DNA of 63,989 bases, counting the filler, from an uncultured bacterium (GTDB lineage Bacteria > Latescibacterota > UBA2968): the NCBI GenBank assembly GCA_964471275.1. It is 7 parts of 7 records of this genome, joined end to end, with 100 filler letters (N's around TTAATTAATTAA, not from the genome) between each part and the next. Parts side by side here need not be neighbours in the genome. Positions count along the whole stretch, not along the records: positions 18,769 to 27,822 come from CAYYGZ010000190.1; positions 27,923 to 36,941 come from CAYYGZ010000191.1; 5 more parts are not named here. One strand, written 5' to 3'. Shown piece after piece: positions 18,796-29,034 of this stretch. Under the pieces are notes generated by a model that was given only the letters and a program-made list of their open reading frames with translations, was not told the DNA's origin and searched no databases. Every line of letters starts with the position of its first letter. Position 1 is the stretch's first letter. The position numbers and the translations under genes were made by a program.

Positions 18796-20352
18796 ATGAC
18801 GGACGCTGCGATCAATGACCTGTAGCCGACGATCCGGAGTTTCCTGGAGCAGGACCAGGTGACTTACACGATCGATGCGCAGACCGTGCACGGGTACCGC
18901 AGCCCAGACTGCCCTGCCTTGTGGATCAGAGATCACTCGGATATGATGCGCGGTGCCCGCTATTTCGATGTGGATCTGACAAGCGCAGTCGATCACTTTG
19001 CCGCGGCACAACTCGCCAATGGCTCGATCTTCGACTTCGTCAGCACCAACATGGATCGGGAGAACTGGACCAAGTATGTGCGCGTACCCGTAGAGGCGGA
19101 CGTGGAGTATCGTTTTGTGAAGGCTCTATTCCTGGGCTGGCAGGCCAGCGGTGACGATGACTGGCTACGCCGGGTATTACCCCACGCCGAACGCGCGATG
19201 GAGTACATCACCATACATCCGTGGCGCTGGAGCAGCGAGCATCGTCTCGTGAAGCGAGCACTGACCATGGATACCTGGGACTTCGACCACGTGTCGGATC
19301 GCCAGCCGTGGTTGAATTTCGCCATCGATGACGACACACATTGGGGAATTTTCCACGGTGACAATTCCGGCTACTATGAGGCCTTCACGCTTCTGGCACG
19401 ATTGCGTCGCCATCTTGGGGACGACGAGATCGCAACGGGCTGGCAGCTGCGTGCTGAGGATCTCGGTCGTCGCGCTAACGAACTGTGTTGGAACGACCGA
19501 TTCTACACGCACCGTGTTCCTCTGGATGATTTTCGTATCGATGGTGTCGACGAGGCGCGACAGCTGTCGTTGTCGAATCCTATGGCCATAAACCGGGGAC
19601 TGGCGAGTTCCACTCAAGCTCGGATCTTGCTCGATGAGTATCGGCGGCGCGGAGAAGAGACGGGAGCCTTTGCTCCCTGGTTCTCGATCGATCCGCCCTT
19701 TCCGGACGGCTCATTTGGCGATCCCCTGCTCGTGGGTGGCGCCTACATCAATGGTGGCATCTTCCCGCTTGTGGGCGGGGAACTGGCACGTGCGGCATTT
19801 GAGCACGGACGCGAGACATTCGGCGTGCAGATTCTACGTCAGTATGCGGATCTGATTCGAGATACCGGTGAGACCTACCTGTGGTATTTCCCCGATGGTA
19901 GCCCCTCCACCGCAGAGGCAAGCACGAGTCCCGAGGCGATGGCCACCGATGGCTGGGGTTCATCGGCCATGCTCTTCGCCTTCGTTGAGGGACTGGCGGG
20001 TGTTGTTGACGAGGGTCGGCTGTTTCGGCGTGTTCGGCTGGCGCCAAGGTGGCCTGCTGCGGGCGTAGATGAGGCCAGCGTAACGATTGCCTATGGGGCC
20101 TCAGATGCAGGAGTGGCCTACAACTACAGTCTGGACGAGGATGAGATTCGGCTGCAGGTGACGGGATCGGCCGATGTAGCCCTTCACTCCATGTTGCCAG
20201 ACGATCGGTATGCTACGGCCCTACGGCTCGAGGGCGAGGCCCTACCTTTCGAGATGGTGAGGGTGGGAGATACGAACTACGTGGACGCGAGCTTTGAGCT
20301 GGCCGGCCGATCCAACTTAACGATCATCACAGCACGGGGATCCATGGGCTGA
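18796..20352 (+). CDS. putative (alpha/alpha)6-barrel glycoside hydrolase; in-frame TAG near the N-terminus
   Basis: WQASGDDDWL, DTWDF, W....FY and YINGGIFP pattern. An RBS-supported ATG at 18796 is in frame but interrupted by TAG at 18823. The open part is 18859-20352. Confidence 0.65.
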
Positions 20353-20430
20353 GGTCGTGTCGTGCAGCGCTTGAGATCGACATGACCCGCTCTCGCTCGC
20401 GTCTCCGCGGTTCGCTCTAAGTGCCTGCAC

Positions 20431-21513
20431 CTATCGATGGGTACCGAATTCCTTCGCGACCTCGTACATGGCCACAACATTCTCGGTCGGCGAATTGTCC
20501 TGCAGTTGATGTGTGGGAGAGAAGCTGTAGCCGCCGCCCGGCATCATGATTTCAAGCGTTCGGCGGCAGTAGTTGATTGTCTCCTCGGTCGTCCCGATGG
20601 CCACGGGGCCGGCGGTGCTGATGCAACCGTGAAAGGCCAATCGGCCTCCGAAGGTTGCCTTCAGGTATTCCGGTGACATGCCGACGGCTTCGGGCTGCAG
20701 GGTGTCGACGATTCCGATTCCCATCTCGATGAAATCCTCGTAAGCCCAGCTGCTCGAACCGCACGTGTGGATCATGACGGGGATGTCGAAGCTCTTGGCC
20801 ACGTCGATGACTTGCTGGTGCAGCGGCCGTATGGTCTTGCGGTAAAGGTCCAGGCTGATTGTCGGTGCGATCTGTGTACCAAGGTCCTCGCCCATCCACA
20901 TGAAATCGATGCCGCCGCCAGCGGCCTCGAGCGTACGGCGCGTGATCTCCAGATTAATATCTGTTCGACGTTGTGCAAGGAGCAGACCCGCGGGGTCTTC
21001 CGTAATCAGATCCACCAGCGTCTGCTCCATGCCGCGCACCATCCCGTTGCTGTTGATGATGTCACCCAGACCGGGTCCGCCGACGTGGATGGCGTACTTG
21101 CTGTCTCTCTTGCACGCTTCACGCACGCCGCTGTAGTTGAAATCGTCAGGCGAGGGCAACGCCCACGCGGCAACCGTTTCCTCGTCGGCGTCTTTCAGTG
21201 GAAAGTCACAGAAATCCTGGTAACCGCCCGTACCGTGCTCGATCCAACGTGTGTGCCTGCCCCACATGTCGGCTTTGACGCCGCGCTCCGGAATGTCCTC
21301 GTGCAGCTTTGGACCAACGTAGGGCGCACTAACACCGCGGAAGTCCACGCCCAGGGCCTGGCGTAATCCCTCTCTGTCGCCGGGTTCGAGTCCGAAGTGG
21401 TCTTTCATCCGTCGATCGATGCCGGGATTTGCGTTGTAGTTGATCGGCACCCGGTCGGCTTCCTGGCTGGCAAAGGTGGTAAGGACGCGTTCCTTTGAAT
21501 TCACAGATATCAT
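20431..21513 (-). CDS. uroporphyrinogen decarboxylase / MtaA-CmuA family protein
   Basis: SKERVL...EADRVP, RGMEQ.L.DL, EDLGTQ, IHTCG and GGGYSFSPTHQLQ..SPTENV. Confidence 0.88.
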   Translation of the reverse strand: MISVNSKERVLTTFASQEADRVPINYNANPGIDRRMKDHFGLEPGDREGLRQALGVDFRGVSAPYVGPKLHEDIPERGVKADMWGRHTRWIEHGTGGYQDFCDFPLKDADEETVAAWALPSPDDFNYSGVREACKRDSKYAIHVGGPGLGDIINSNGMVRGMEQTLVDLITEDPAGLLLAQRRTDINLEITRRTLEAAGGGIDFMWMGEDLGTQIAPTISLDLYRKTIRPLHQQVIDVAKSFDIPVMIHTCGSSSWAYEDFIEMGIGIVDTLQPEAVGMSPEYLKATFGGRLAFHGCISTAGPVAIGTTEETINYCRRTLEIMMPGGGYSFSPTHQLQDNSPTENVVAMYEVAKEFGTHR

Positions 21514-21820
21514 CTCCTTGTGTCTTGGTATCGTTTGGTCAAGATTAGTGTTCTGCTATCAGCAGACTATTGAACTTTGGCAACACCGCATGGGTCGATG
21601 TTGATCCTGACACCATACATCCCGTGCAGAACCACTACTTCTAATTGTCGCCTCATATGGTACGTCACGCTATGATCGTCCAAGTATGGGTTCGTGTCGA
21701 GTCGAAACCGTACCACGCACGAATCGTGGCGGGTCTTTTCCTTTTGGCCACGAGAAGGGGAACGAGATTGCCTCTTAGAATCGTGACCTAGAAGGGACAT
21801 CAGGAAAGGAACTCTCGACT

Positions 21821-22795
21821 GTGCTGACAAGCAAACCCCTGGGAATAGCGTTTTTTGGCGCCGGTGATGTATCCGATCTGCACGCGGAAGGGGTTCGCCG
21901 TTGCCGCGATACCCATCTGGTCGGACTCTGGAATCGCACTGCCGACATGGGGCGTGCCAAGGCGGATCTGTTCGGGTGTCGGAGCTATGACACGCCCGAA
22001 GAGCTGCTTGCCGACCCGACCGTCGATGCAGTTTCTGTTCTGACGAATCTGGAAACCCACATCGACTATGTTTCGCTGGCGCTGAAGGCGGGCAAGCACG
22101 TGCTGGTCGAGAAGCCGGTCGGCGTCACTCTCGCGGAGATCGAGATCATGAGAGATCTGGCTGCAGAGCAGGGACTTGTGTGTATGCCGGGGCACAATTT
22201 TATCTACGAAGAGAGCATCATCCGGAGCAAAGAGTTGATTGACGGCGGCGACCTGGGCAAACTGGTTGCGATCTACGTGATCTATCACATCCATCACCCC
22301 GAGGAGATCGCGGCCCGGTATCCCGGCGTGATTCGCCAGATCCTCACACACAATTCGTATGTTCTGCTCTATCTTGCAGGCCGCCCCGTAAGGGTGTCGG
22401 CGATGAAGTCACGTTTACACTATGACGAGATCCCGCAAGAGGATATCGCCACGGTGAACCTGACGATGCAGAACGGTGCACTTGCCCATCTGTGCGCCAG
22501 CTTCGCCGCCGATGATCACAGCGCTGATCCGTGGACGATGATGGTGAAGGTTATCGGTACTGCTGGCTCCACACGTTACAGCTACCGCGACTGGGTGGAA
22601 ATCAAACCCGCCGCTGCCCATTCACAGACCTACACAGCCTACCGTGGATCGATCATTCACGAGGTCGAACACTTTGCGCAGGTGTGTCGGGGACACGCTA
22701 CGCCGCTGTCGACCCTCGACGATGCCCTGGGGGCGCAACAGATCATCGAATCGGTGGAGGAGTCGATCGAGACAGGGAGGACGATCGAGATCTGA
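21821..22795 (+). CDS. Gfo/Idh/MocA family oxidoreductase
   Basis: GAG Rossmann motif, ELLADPTVDAV and GKHVLVEKP. Confidence 0.92.
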   Translation: MLTSKPLGIAFFGAGDVSDLHAEGVRRCRDTHLVGLWNRTADMGRAKADLFGCRSYDTPEELLADPTVDAVSVLTNLETHIDYVSLALKAGKHVLVEKPVGVTLAEIEIMRDLAAEQGLVCMPGHNFIYEESIIRSKELIDGGDLGKLVAIYVIYHIHHPEEIAARYPGVIRQILTHNSYVLLYLAGRPVRVSAMKSRLHYDEIPQEDIATVNLTMQNGALAHLCASFAADDHSADPWTMMVKVIGTAGSTRYSYRDWVEIKPAAAHSQTYTAYRGSIIHEVEHFAQVCRGHATPLSTLDDALGAQQIIESVEESIETGRTIEI

Positions 22796-22999
22796 AGAAG
22801 CCGTAATCGCAGAGTGCGCCGAGATCGTAGAGGGCGAACCTGTTTTCCGCACGGATGGGCCGAGATCCAACAATCGGTGAGCATCGCGGGTTGCACGTAT
22901 CACGGATGACAGGTATATCCAGATGACCGAGACCGCGCCTGAGTGCGCGGCGCGTCAGTCAGAAGCAGATGCACATTGTAAAGGGAGTTTGGGAGCAGT

Positions 23000-25591
23000 A
23001 TGAAAGACAAGGTATTCGGACTAAGCTGTAACCACGCGATCAACCCGATAGGGCTCGACTCCGTGCCCGCTTTCTCGTGGAAATATGCCCTGCAGGGAGG
23101 CACGGGCAGCCAACGGACCTACAGGATCTGTGTTGCTTCGAGCCTGGGTAATTTGACGAGCGGAATCTTTGACTGCTGGGATTCAGGCACAGTCGCATCG
23201 AACCGGAGCCACTATGTAGAATACCGCGGATCGTCGCTGTTGCCGCGAAGATCGTATCACTGGAAGGTCAGCGTGTCTGGTGAGGACGGGAGCGCTTGTG
23301 AGGAGCTTGGCGTTTTTGAGACCGGGAAGCTGGAAGAGAGGTGGTCCGCCAGATGGATCTCGGCCGCTCATCACAAGAAGCACGATGATGCTCTCGACGC
23401 ACCCTATCTCAGGAAGGCTTTTACAGCGAGCGGTAGACCGATGCGCGCCAGGTTGTATGTCTGCAGCCCCGGCTACTTCGATGCTTCTATCAACGGGGAA
23501 CGGGTTTCTGACGAGGAACTCCCCACGCCCTTCACAAAGTATGACAGTCGGCTTCTCTACTGCACATACGATGTGACAGACTTGCTGCAGTCGGGCGGTA
23601 ATGCCGTTGGTGTCATCATCGGGAATGGCTGGTACAACTGCTTCACAGAGGATGTCTGGAATTCCAGACAAACCTCCTGGCGTCACGTGACCAAGCTGAT
23701 TGCGGAGCTGCACGTGGAGTTCGAGGATGGGTCAAACGAGATCATCCAGACGGACAGCAGTTGGAAGAGCTCACCCAGTCCAATTGTCTTCAATGGTATC
23801 CGTAACGGGGAACACTACGACGCGAGGCTTGTCCAGCCAGGCTGGGATGCGGCTGGTTTTGACGACGCCGACTGGTCTGCGGTTAAGGTGATCAGGCCCC
23901 CTGGCGGATGTCTCGAAGCGATGGAGATGGAGCCAATCCGTGTTACACGCACAATCAAGCCGACTGCACACTGGCAAACCCCGGAGGGTGCCTATGTCTT
24001 CGACACGGGTCAGAACATGGCCGGGATCGCGAGGATCACCGTTGAGGGTGAGCCCGGGGACGAGGTTGTCGTCAGATATTCGGAGAAACTGAAGGAGGAC
24101 GGCGTCCACATCAACCAGGGCAGCATATCCGGCTTTGTCCGGAGCGGCGATTTTCAGACAGACCGATATGTGTTGGCGGGGGAAGGGAAGGAGACCTGGA
24201 GACCGCGATTCGTTTACCACGGTTTCCAGTATGTCGAAGTGTCCGGTTGCACAGGTATGCCGAGCATCGAAGCCCTGATGATGCACACCGACGTGGCCGA
24301 CTCCGGTGGCTTCAGCTGCGACGACGAGACACTGAACGCATTGCAGCACGCGGCTCGAATCGGTACGTTGGCCAACCTGTACGGCCAGCCCACCGACAGC
24401 CCACACCGTGAAAAGAATGCGTGGACCGGTGATGCCTCCCTGTCTACCGAGCAGATGCTGCTCAATTTTCATGCCACGCCTTTGCTCAGGAAGTGGCTGG
24501 CGGACATCCGGGATTCGCAGAGACCGGACGGCGCGTTACCGTGCTTCGTGCCCTCCACGGGATGGGGATATAACTGGGGCAACGGGCCGGACTGGTCCAG
24601 CGCCATCACGAACATCCCCTGGCAGATCTATCTCTACACCGGAGACGTGCGGGTACTCGAGGAGAACTACGAGGCGATCACCCGGCACTTCCGATTTATG
24701 GAGAGCATGGCCGAAGACTGGATCGTACGATACGGGATTGGTGACTGGTGTGCCCCGTTTGAAGGTAAGGCCATATCGGTCAACATGTCCTCCTTCACGT
24801 CTCCCGTGGCCGTGACCGACACAGCGTACTTCTACAACACCGCGGACATGATAGCTAAAATGGCCGGGGTGCTCGGCCGGCAATACGATGAACAGGATTA
24901 CCAGACGGCGGCTGAGGCGATCAAGGGTGCCTTTCGTGCAGCATTCTACGATGCCGACACGCACAGAGTTGCGGGTGATTGCCAGACGTCTACGGCTTGC
25001 GCGATCTATCAGGACTTGCTCGACGCCTCTGAAATCGCGCCCGCGATGGATGTACTCCTTCAGCAGATTGCGGATACCGATTACCATCAGGATACGGGCA
25101 TCCTCGGCAACAAGTACATCTACAATGCGCTCGGGGAAGCGGGGCGTATGGACGTGGCCCTCAGGATGGCTCTTAACCCAACCTATCCGTCGTTTCGAGA
25201 CTGGATCGACAGGGGTGCGACGACCCTTTGGGAATGCTGGAACGGCGGCGGCTCGCAGAATCACCACGCGTTCTCGGACATATCCGCATCTATGTACAAA
25301 TATCTCGGGGGCATCCGGCCGGATGAACGCGAGCCGGGCTTCAGACACATCATCCTGAAGCCTGCTCTAGGCTGTGGCCTGGGGTCGGTGAAGTGCAGCC
25401 ACGAGTCGCCCCACGGGCCTATCGTCAGTAACTGGGACTGGGTCGACGGCTCTGTGACCCTGGATATTCGGATTCCTGGTGGGTGCCGGGCCACTCTCGA
25501 ACTGCCGCCCGGTTCTTCCGGTGCAGAATCCCCGGGTGATTTGTCCGCGGGGACGCATCACCTCAGCATCACGTGCCCGAATCAGTCGTAG
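23000..25591 (+). CDS. alpha-L-rhamnosidase (GH78)
   Basis: FDTGQNMAG, PRFVYHGFQYVEV, PTDSPHREKNAWTGD, GATTLWECW, SQNH and PGFRHIILKP. Confidence 0.94.
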   Translation: MKDKVFGLSCNHAINPIGLDSVPAFSWKYALQGGTGSQRTYRICVASSLGNLTSGIFDCWDSGTVASNRSHYVEYRGSSLLPRRSYHWKVSVSGEDGSACEELGVFETGKLEERWSARWISAAHHKKHDDALDAPYLRKAFTASGRPMRARLYVCSPGYFDASINGERVSDEELPTPFTKYDSRLLYCTYDVTDLLQSGGNAVGVIIGNGWYNCFTEDVWNSRQTSWRHVTKLIAELHVEFEDGSNEIIQTDSSWKSSPSPIVFNGIRNGEHYDARLVQPGWDAAGFDDADWSAVKVIRPPGGCLEAMEMEPIRVTRTIKPTAHWQTPEGAYVFDTGQNMAGIARITVEGEPGDEVVVRYSEKLKEDGVHINQGSISGFVRSGDFQTDRYVLAGEGKETWRPRFVYHGFQYVEVSGCTGMPSIEALMMHTDVADSGGFSCDDETLNALQHAARIGTLANLYGQPTDSPHREKNAWTGDASLSTEQMLLNFHATPLLRKWLADIRDSQRPDGALPCFVPSTGWGYNWGNGPDWSSAITNIPWQIYLYTGDVRVLEENYEAITRHFRFMESMAEDWIVRYGIGDWCAPFEGKAISVNMSSFTSPVAVTDTAYFYNTADMIAKMAGVLGRQYDEQDYQTAAEAIKGAFRAAFYDADTHRVAGDCQTSTACAIYQDLLDASEIAPAMDVLLQQIADTDYHQDTGILGNKYIYNALGEAGRMDVALRMALNPTYPSFRDWIDRGATTLWECWNGGGSQNHHAFSDISASMYKYLGGIRPDEREPGFRHIILKPALGCGLGSVKCSHESPHGPIVSNWDWVDGSVTLDIRIPGGCRATLELPPGSSGAESPGDLSAGTHHLSITCPNQS

Positions 25592-25720
25592 TGCAACCCG
25601 GGTCGATGCACTGGCCCTGTTGGCTAGACTCACAAAAACCGGCCCATCTTTCTGCTATGTACGATTGTAGGGTTCGAACAGGAGTGCGATGCTGATTGTT
25701 GGCAGGTCATTCGGCTCAAT

Positions 25721-26671
25721 TCACGCGAGTTCGTTCACCAAGTCTCGAAGTGATGCTGATTCTTCACAGGGCCGTACAATCCGGCGACGAGTTCGGATAC
25801 CCTCCTTAAGGGAGTGATAGTAGCCTCTATCATTCTCCGCGAGTAGAAGCATTTCTGCCAATGCCTGGGTGTCACCCACGGGAAAGTACCCCGGGTATCC
25901 TGTGCCCAGCAGGCCTATCGAGCCAGAGATGTGTGTCGACACGACCGGAACGTTGCAGGCCAGCGCTTCACTCACGACGTTGGCGCCACCCTCCATAATC
26001 GATGTCAATACGAGAAGTCGGGAGCGAGCCATCAGTCGGATGGCCTGCCATCTCGGTTTCTCGCCCATCCAGGTGTATCGTCTGTTGTTCCGATCTTCAC
26101 GCTCTGCCTGCTGTCTGTCCTCTGTTGTCAGCGCACCACCGATGTGCGTAACGTGAATCTTTGAGTCGGTCGGGAGCAGATGAGTGGCTTCCGCTGTTCT
26201 GAACGGATCCTTTTCATCTCGCAGGTGCCCGCTGACGGTGACTTCCCAGACTCCTCTCCGAGGAGTGAACGGTCCTGGCGGTCACGTAAAGGATTGGTGA
26301 ACCACACGTACCTTGGATCCGAGCCGTTGCGGTAGCTGCTTTGCTGCGTCGATCTGAAGAGTGATGAAACGGTCTGCGATCTCGAGGGAGGCCCTGGCAG
26401 AATCGTCTTCGTGTATGTCCCGGTAGATATCTGTCCCGGTGAGTGCGAGTACAAGCGGTCGATCGGGATACGATTCCCGAAATCGTAAGATCGATTCGTG
26501 AGAGCGCCGGGCGTGGAGCGCGACAAGCAGGTCTGGGTCGGTACCACCCCACGACTCGGTGATGTGGACGCGATGACCCAGATCGCGGAGGATGCGAGAC
26601 CATCTGAGCGCGGTGATTCGGTTGCCTTTTCGGGATCGAGGCGGTGCGGGGGTGACGATTTCGATTTTCAT
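25721..26671 (-). CDS. senB: selenoneine-pathway selenosugar synthase SenB (TIGR04348-type glycosyltransferase), interrupted by one in-frame TGA at 26284-26282
   Basis: GNRITALRW, LHARRS, LTGTD and VHQS, then after the TGA and in the same frame GHLRDEKDP, HIG, MEGGANVVSEA and GLLG..YPGYFPVGD. The two track ORFs are 216 nt apart and in frame, giving 316 codons in total. Confidence 0.9.
26250..26266 (-). promoter_or_regulatory. SECIS-like hairpin downstream of the senB UGA
   Basis: mRNA ACUCCUC-GGA-GAGGAGU, a 7-bp stem with a G-led loop starting 22 nt after UGA, plus a possible lower CCAG/CUGG stem. Confidence 0.3.
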
Positions 26672-26896
26672 CTTGCTAGAGAAGAAGCTTTCTAAAAGAG
26701 GCCGAAACGCATCCAAAGATGCGCTCTATGAAGTGCACCAGCGGACACCCTACTGTGCTGTGTATCCTATGTTGCGACGGATAGGCAAGGACGCCACGAA
26801 ACACGAAAGGGTCAAAGGCTAGCTTACGTCAGAATTCATCACAACTTCGATAATCAAGCGCGTGGTCGGTGTTGGCAACGAACCCACCTGCCAGCA

Positions 26897-27460
26897 GTGG
26901 AGGATGATTGCACTGTGATATTGCCTGAGAATGGATGCCGGCTGGTTTGGCTGTTGATCGTGGGGTTTGCGCTCGGGAGCGGATGTCAGGATCTCCAAAG
27001 CGAGTCTCTGGCGGGCGTGCAGGAGAAGGTGAGCAGGGCTCACCCGGTAGAGGAAATGGAGGGCGAAGCACTGAGCGATTCTCTCGACGGTAAGACATCA
27101 CGGAAGCGGATCGTCTTGTTCGATGTGCGCCAGACAGAGGAGTTCGAGACCAGCCATCTGGAAGGTGCAATCGCAGTGGACCCGGACGTTGAGGTTGGTG
27201 CGTTTCTGGCACAGCACGGCAGCCTGCTCAAAGATAGAACGGCAGTGTTTTACTGTTCGGTTGGGTATCGAAGCAGCATCTTGGTCGAGAAGCTGGTCGA
27301 GGAGACGGGTGACTCGACGCGGTTGGTTAACCTGCGCGGCGGAATCTTCAGATGGTACAACGAGGGAAGAGCTGTGCGGGATTCTGCGGGAGCTAGAAAT
27401 AGTGTGCATCCTTACAACGAGCACTGGGGTCGGCTGCTGGTAGAGCGGAGAGGAAGATGA
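26897..27460 (+). CDS. rhodanese-like domain protein, probably exported or a lipoprotein
   Basis: LFDVRQTEEFETSHLEGAI, active-site YCSVGYRS, NLRGGIFRW, and a hydrophobic N-terminus ending GSGC. Confidence 0.88.
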   Translation: MEDDCTVILPENGCRLVWLLIVGFALGSGCQDLQSESLAGVQEKVSRAHPVEEMEGEALSDSLDGKTSRKRIVLFDVRQTEEFETSHLEGAIAVDPDVEVGAFLAQHGSLLKDRTAVFYCSVGYRSSILVEKLVEETGDSTRLVNLRGGIFRWYNEGRAVRDSAGARNSVHPYNEHWGRLLVERRGR

Positions 27461-27554
27461 GTCCTCGGTTCCGCGACGTTAGCGTGTCTGCACGTATTTG
27501 CCCTGCCGCCCGGTCAGCCAGTAAGTGAGATGATACGGAGCCGTGGTCTTTTGT

Positions 27555-27821
27555 CTACGGTGTTGGTGAATCTTCTCTAATCAACTCCTCGTGTTTCAAT
27601 TCAGCCCACAGGTCTGACGGGATTTCCCGAACCGATTCTTTCGCGTTCGAGCTGACGTGCTCAGGCACCTGAGCGCCCGGGATGATCGCGTTGACGACGG
27701 GGTGAAACAACGGAAACTGGAGCGCGGCGGCGATGAGTGAAACGTCGTGTCGTTCGCAAGCGGCCTCGATCTTCCCGGTGCGATTGAGGATGTCTGGTGA
27801 TGCGGGTGCGTATTTGTAGTA
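27555..27821 (-). CDS. aldo/keto reductase, C-terminal part (contig edge)
   Basis: Manual translation YKYAPA..IEAACERHDVSLIAAALQFPLFHPVVNAIIPG..IPSDLWAELK. Confidence 0.8.
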   Translation of the reverse strand, partial: YYKYAPASPDILNRTGKIEAACERHDVSLIAAALQFPLFHPVVNAIIPGAQVPEHVSSNAKESVREIPSDLWAELKHEELIREDSPTP

Positions 27822-27822
27822 A

Positions 27823-27922
27823 NNNNNNNNNNNNNNNNNNNNNNNNNNNNNNNNNNNNNNNNNNNNTTAATTAATTAANNNNNNNNNNNNNNNNNNNNNN
27901 NNNNNNNNNNNNNNNNNNNNNN
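27823..27922. other. artificial contig linker
   Basis: N44-TTAATTAATTAA-N44. Confidence 0.98.
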
Positions 27923-27924
27923 AT

Positions 27925-28872
27925 CAATATCGCGGCGTGGGTCGCGGCACCGGCGATCAGATCCACAATCTCTTCGCGATGCATTCCGACGACGGGCTTC
28001 GATGGGAATCGACCTATCACGAGCCCATGCAGATCGAGGGCAGATTCGATTCGCAGAATCTCGTCTACTGGGATCCGAACTGTGAGTCATACCGAATATA
28101 TTTCCGCGACCTGGAGCGCGGACACCGCGCCATCAAGACGGCCACATCGTCTGATTTTATCAACTGGTCGGATGCGCCTTTCCTGAGCTACGAGGGCTCA
28201 CCGCCCGACACGCACCTCTACACAAGCCAGATCGAACCCTACTACCGAGCGCCGCATATCTATGTTGGCTTCCCGACACGCCTCATCCAGAACCGTGGCC
28301 AGATAACTGAAGGTCTGTTCATGAGCAGTCGGAACGGTGTGCACTTCAGTCGTTTTGAGGAATCCTTCATCCGACCGGGACTGAACCCGAATAAGTGGGG
28401 CAATCGCTGTAATTACACGTGGTATGGCTTGATCGAAACGCCGTCTGACATCGCTGACGCACCACCGGAGATCACGCTCTTCACCGATGAGAAATATTAC
28501 ACCGGAATGCCGGTTTCCACGCGACGTCACACGCTGCGCCTTGACGGTTTCGTATCACTGCGTGCCGGAATGTCAGGTGGCGAGATTGTAACAACGCCCG
28601 TAACCTTCGCCGGTTCATCGCTTGAGGTTAACATCTCCACATCGGCCGCCGGCTCCGCACGCATCGCGCTTTTGGACGAGAACGAGTATACGATTGAAGG
28701 CTATTCACTCGAAGACAGTGATAAATTCTTCGGAGATTCGGTCGCGCACGTCGCCACGTGGAAGGGGAGTTCGGATCTGGCGGGGTTGCAAGGCCAACCG
28801 GTGCGTCTGCGGATCGCGATGAATGATGCGGATGTATACGCGTTCAAATTCGGAATTTCCGGACCATCCTGA
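27925..28872 (+). CDS. Asp-box beta-propeller (sialidase/GH32-like) protein, 5' truncated
   Basis: Repeated Asp-box-like motifs SDDGLRW, SSDFINW and SRNGVHF, plus FDSQN and LRLDGFVSL. Confidence 0.7.
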   Translation, partial: QYRGVGRGTGDQIHNLFAMHSDDGLRWESTYHEPMQIEGRFDSQNLVYWDPNCESYRIYFRDLERGHRAIKTATSSDFINWSDAPFLSYEGSPPDTHLYTSQIEPYYRAPHIYVGFPTRLIQNRGQITEGLFMSSRNGVHFSRFEESFIRPGLNPNKWGNRCNYTWYGLIETPSDIADAPPEITLFTDEKYYTGMPVSTRRHTLRLDGFVSLRAGMSGGEIVTTPVTFAGSSLEVNISTSAAGSARIALLDENEYTIEGYSLEDSDKFFGDSVAHVATWKGSSDLAGLQGQPVRLRIAMNDADVYAFKFGISGPS

Positions 28873-29034
28873 GCCAACAGCAAAGGATCCCATCTCGGAT
28901 CTTAACCGAGCCCTACAATCCTGTCATCCCCTAGAAATTATGTCGAGAACTCCACAGACAAGAACCGATGGCCTATTGCCAACGTCGCACTGCCCCCCTC
29001 AGGATGACAATCACATACAACCGCAAAGGAAAGA

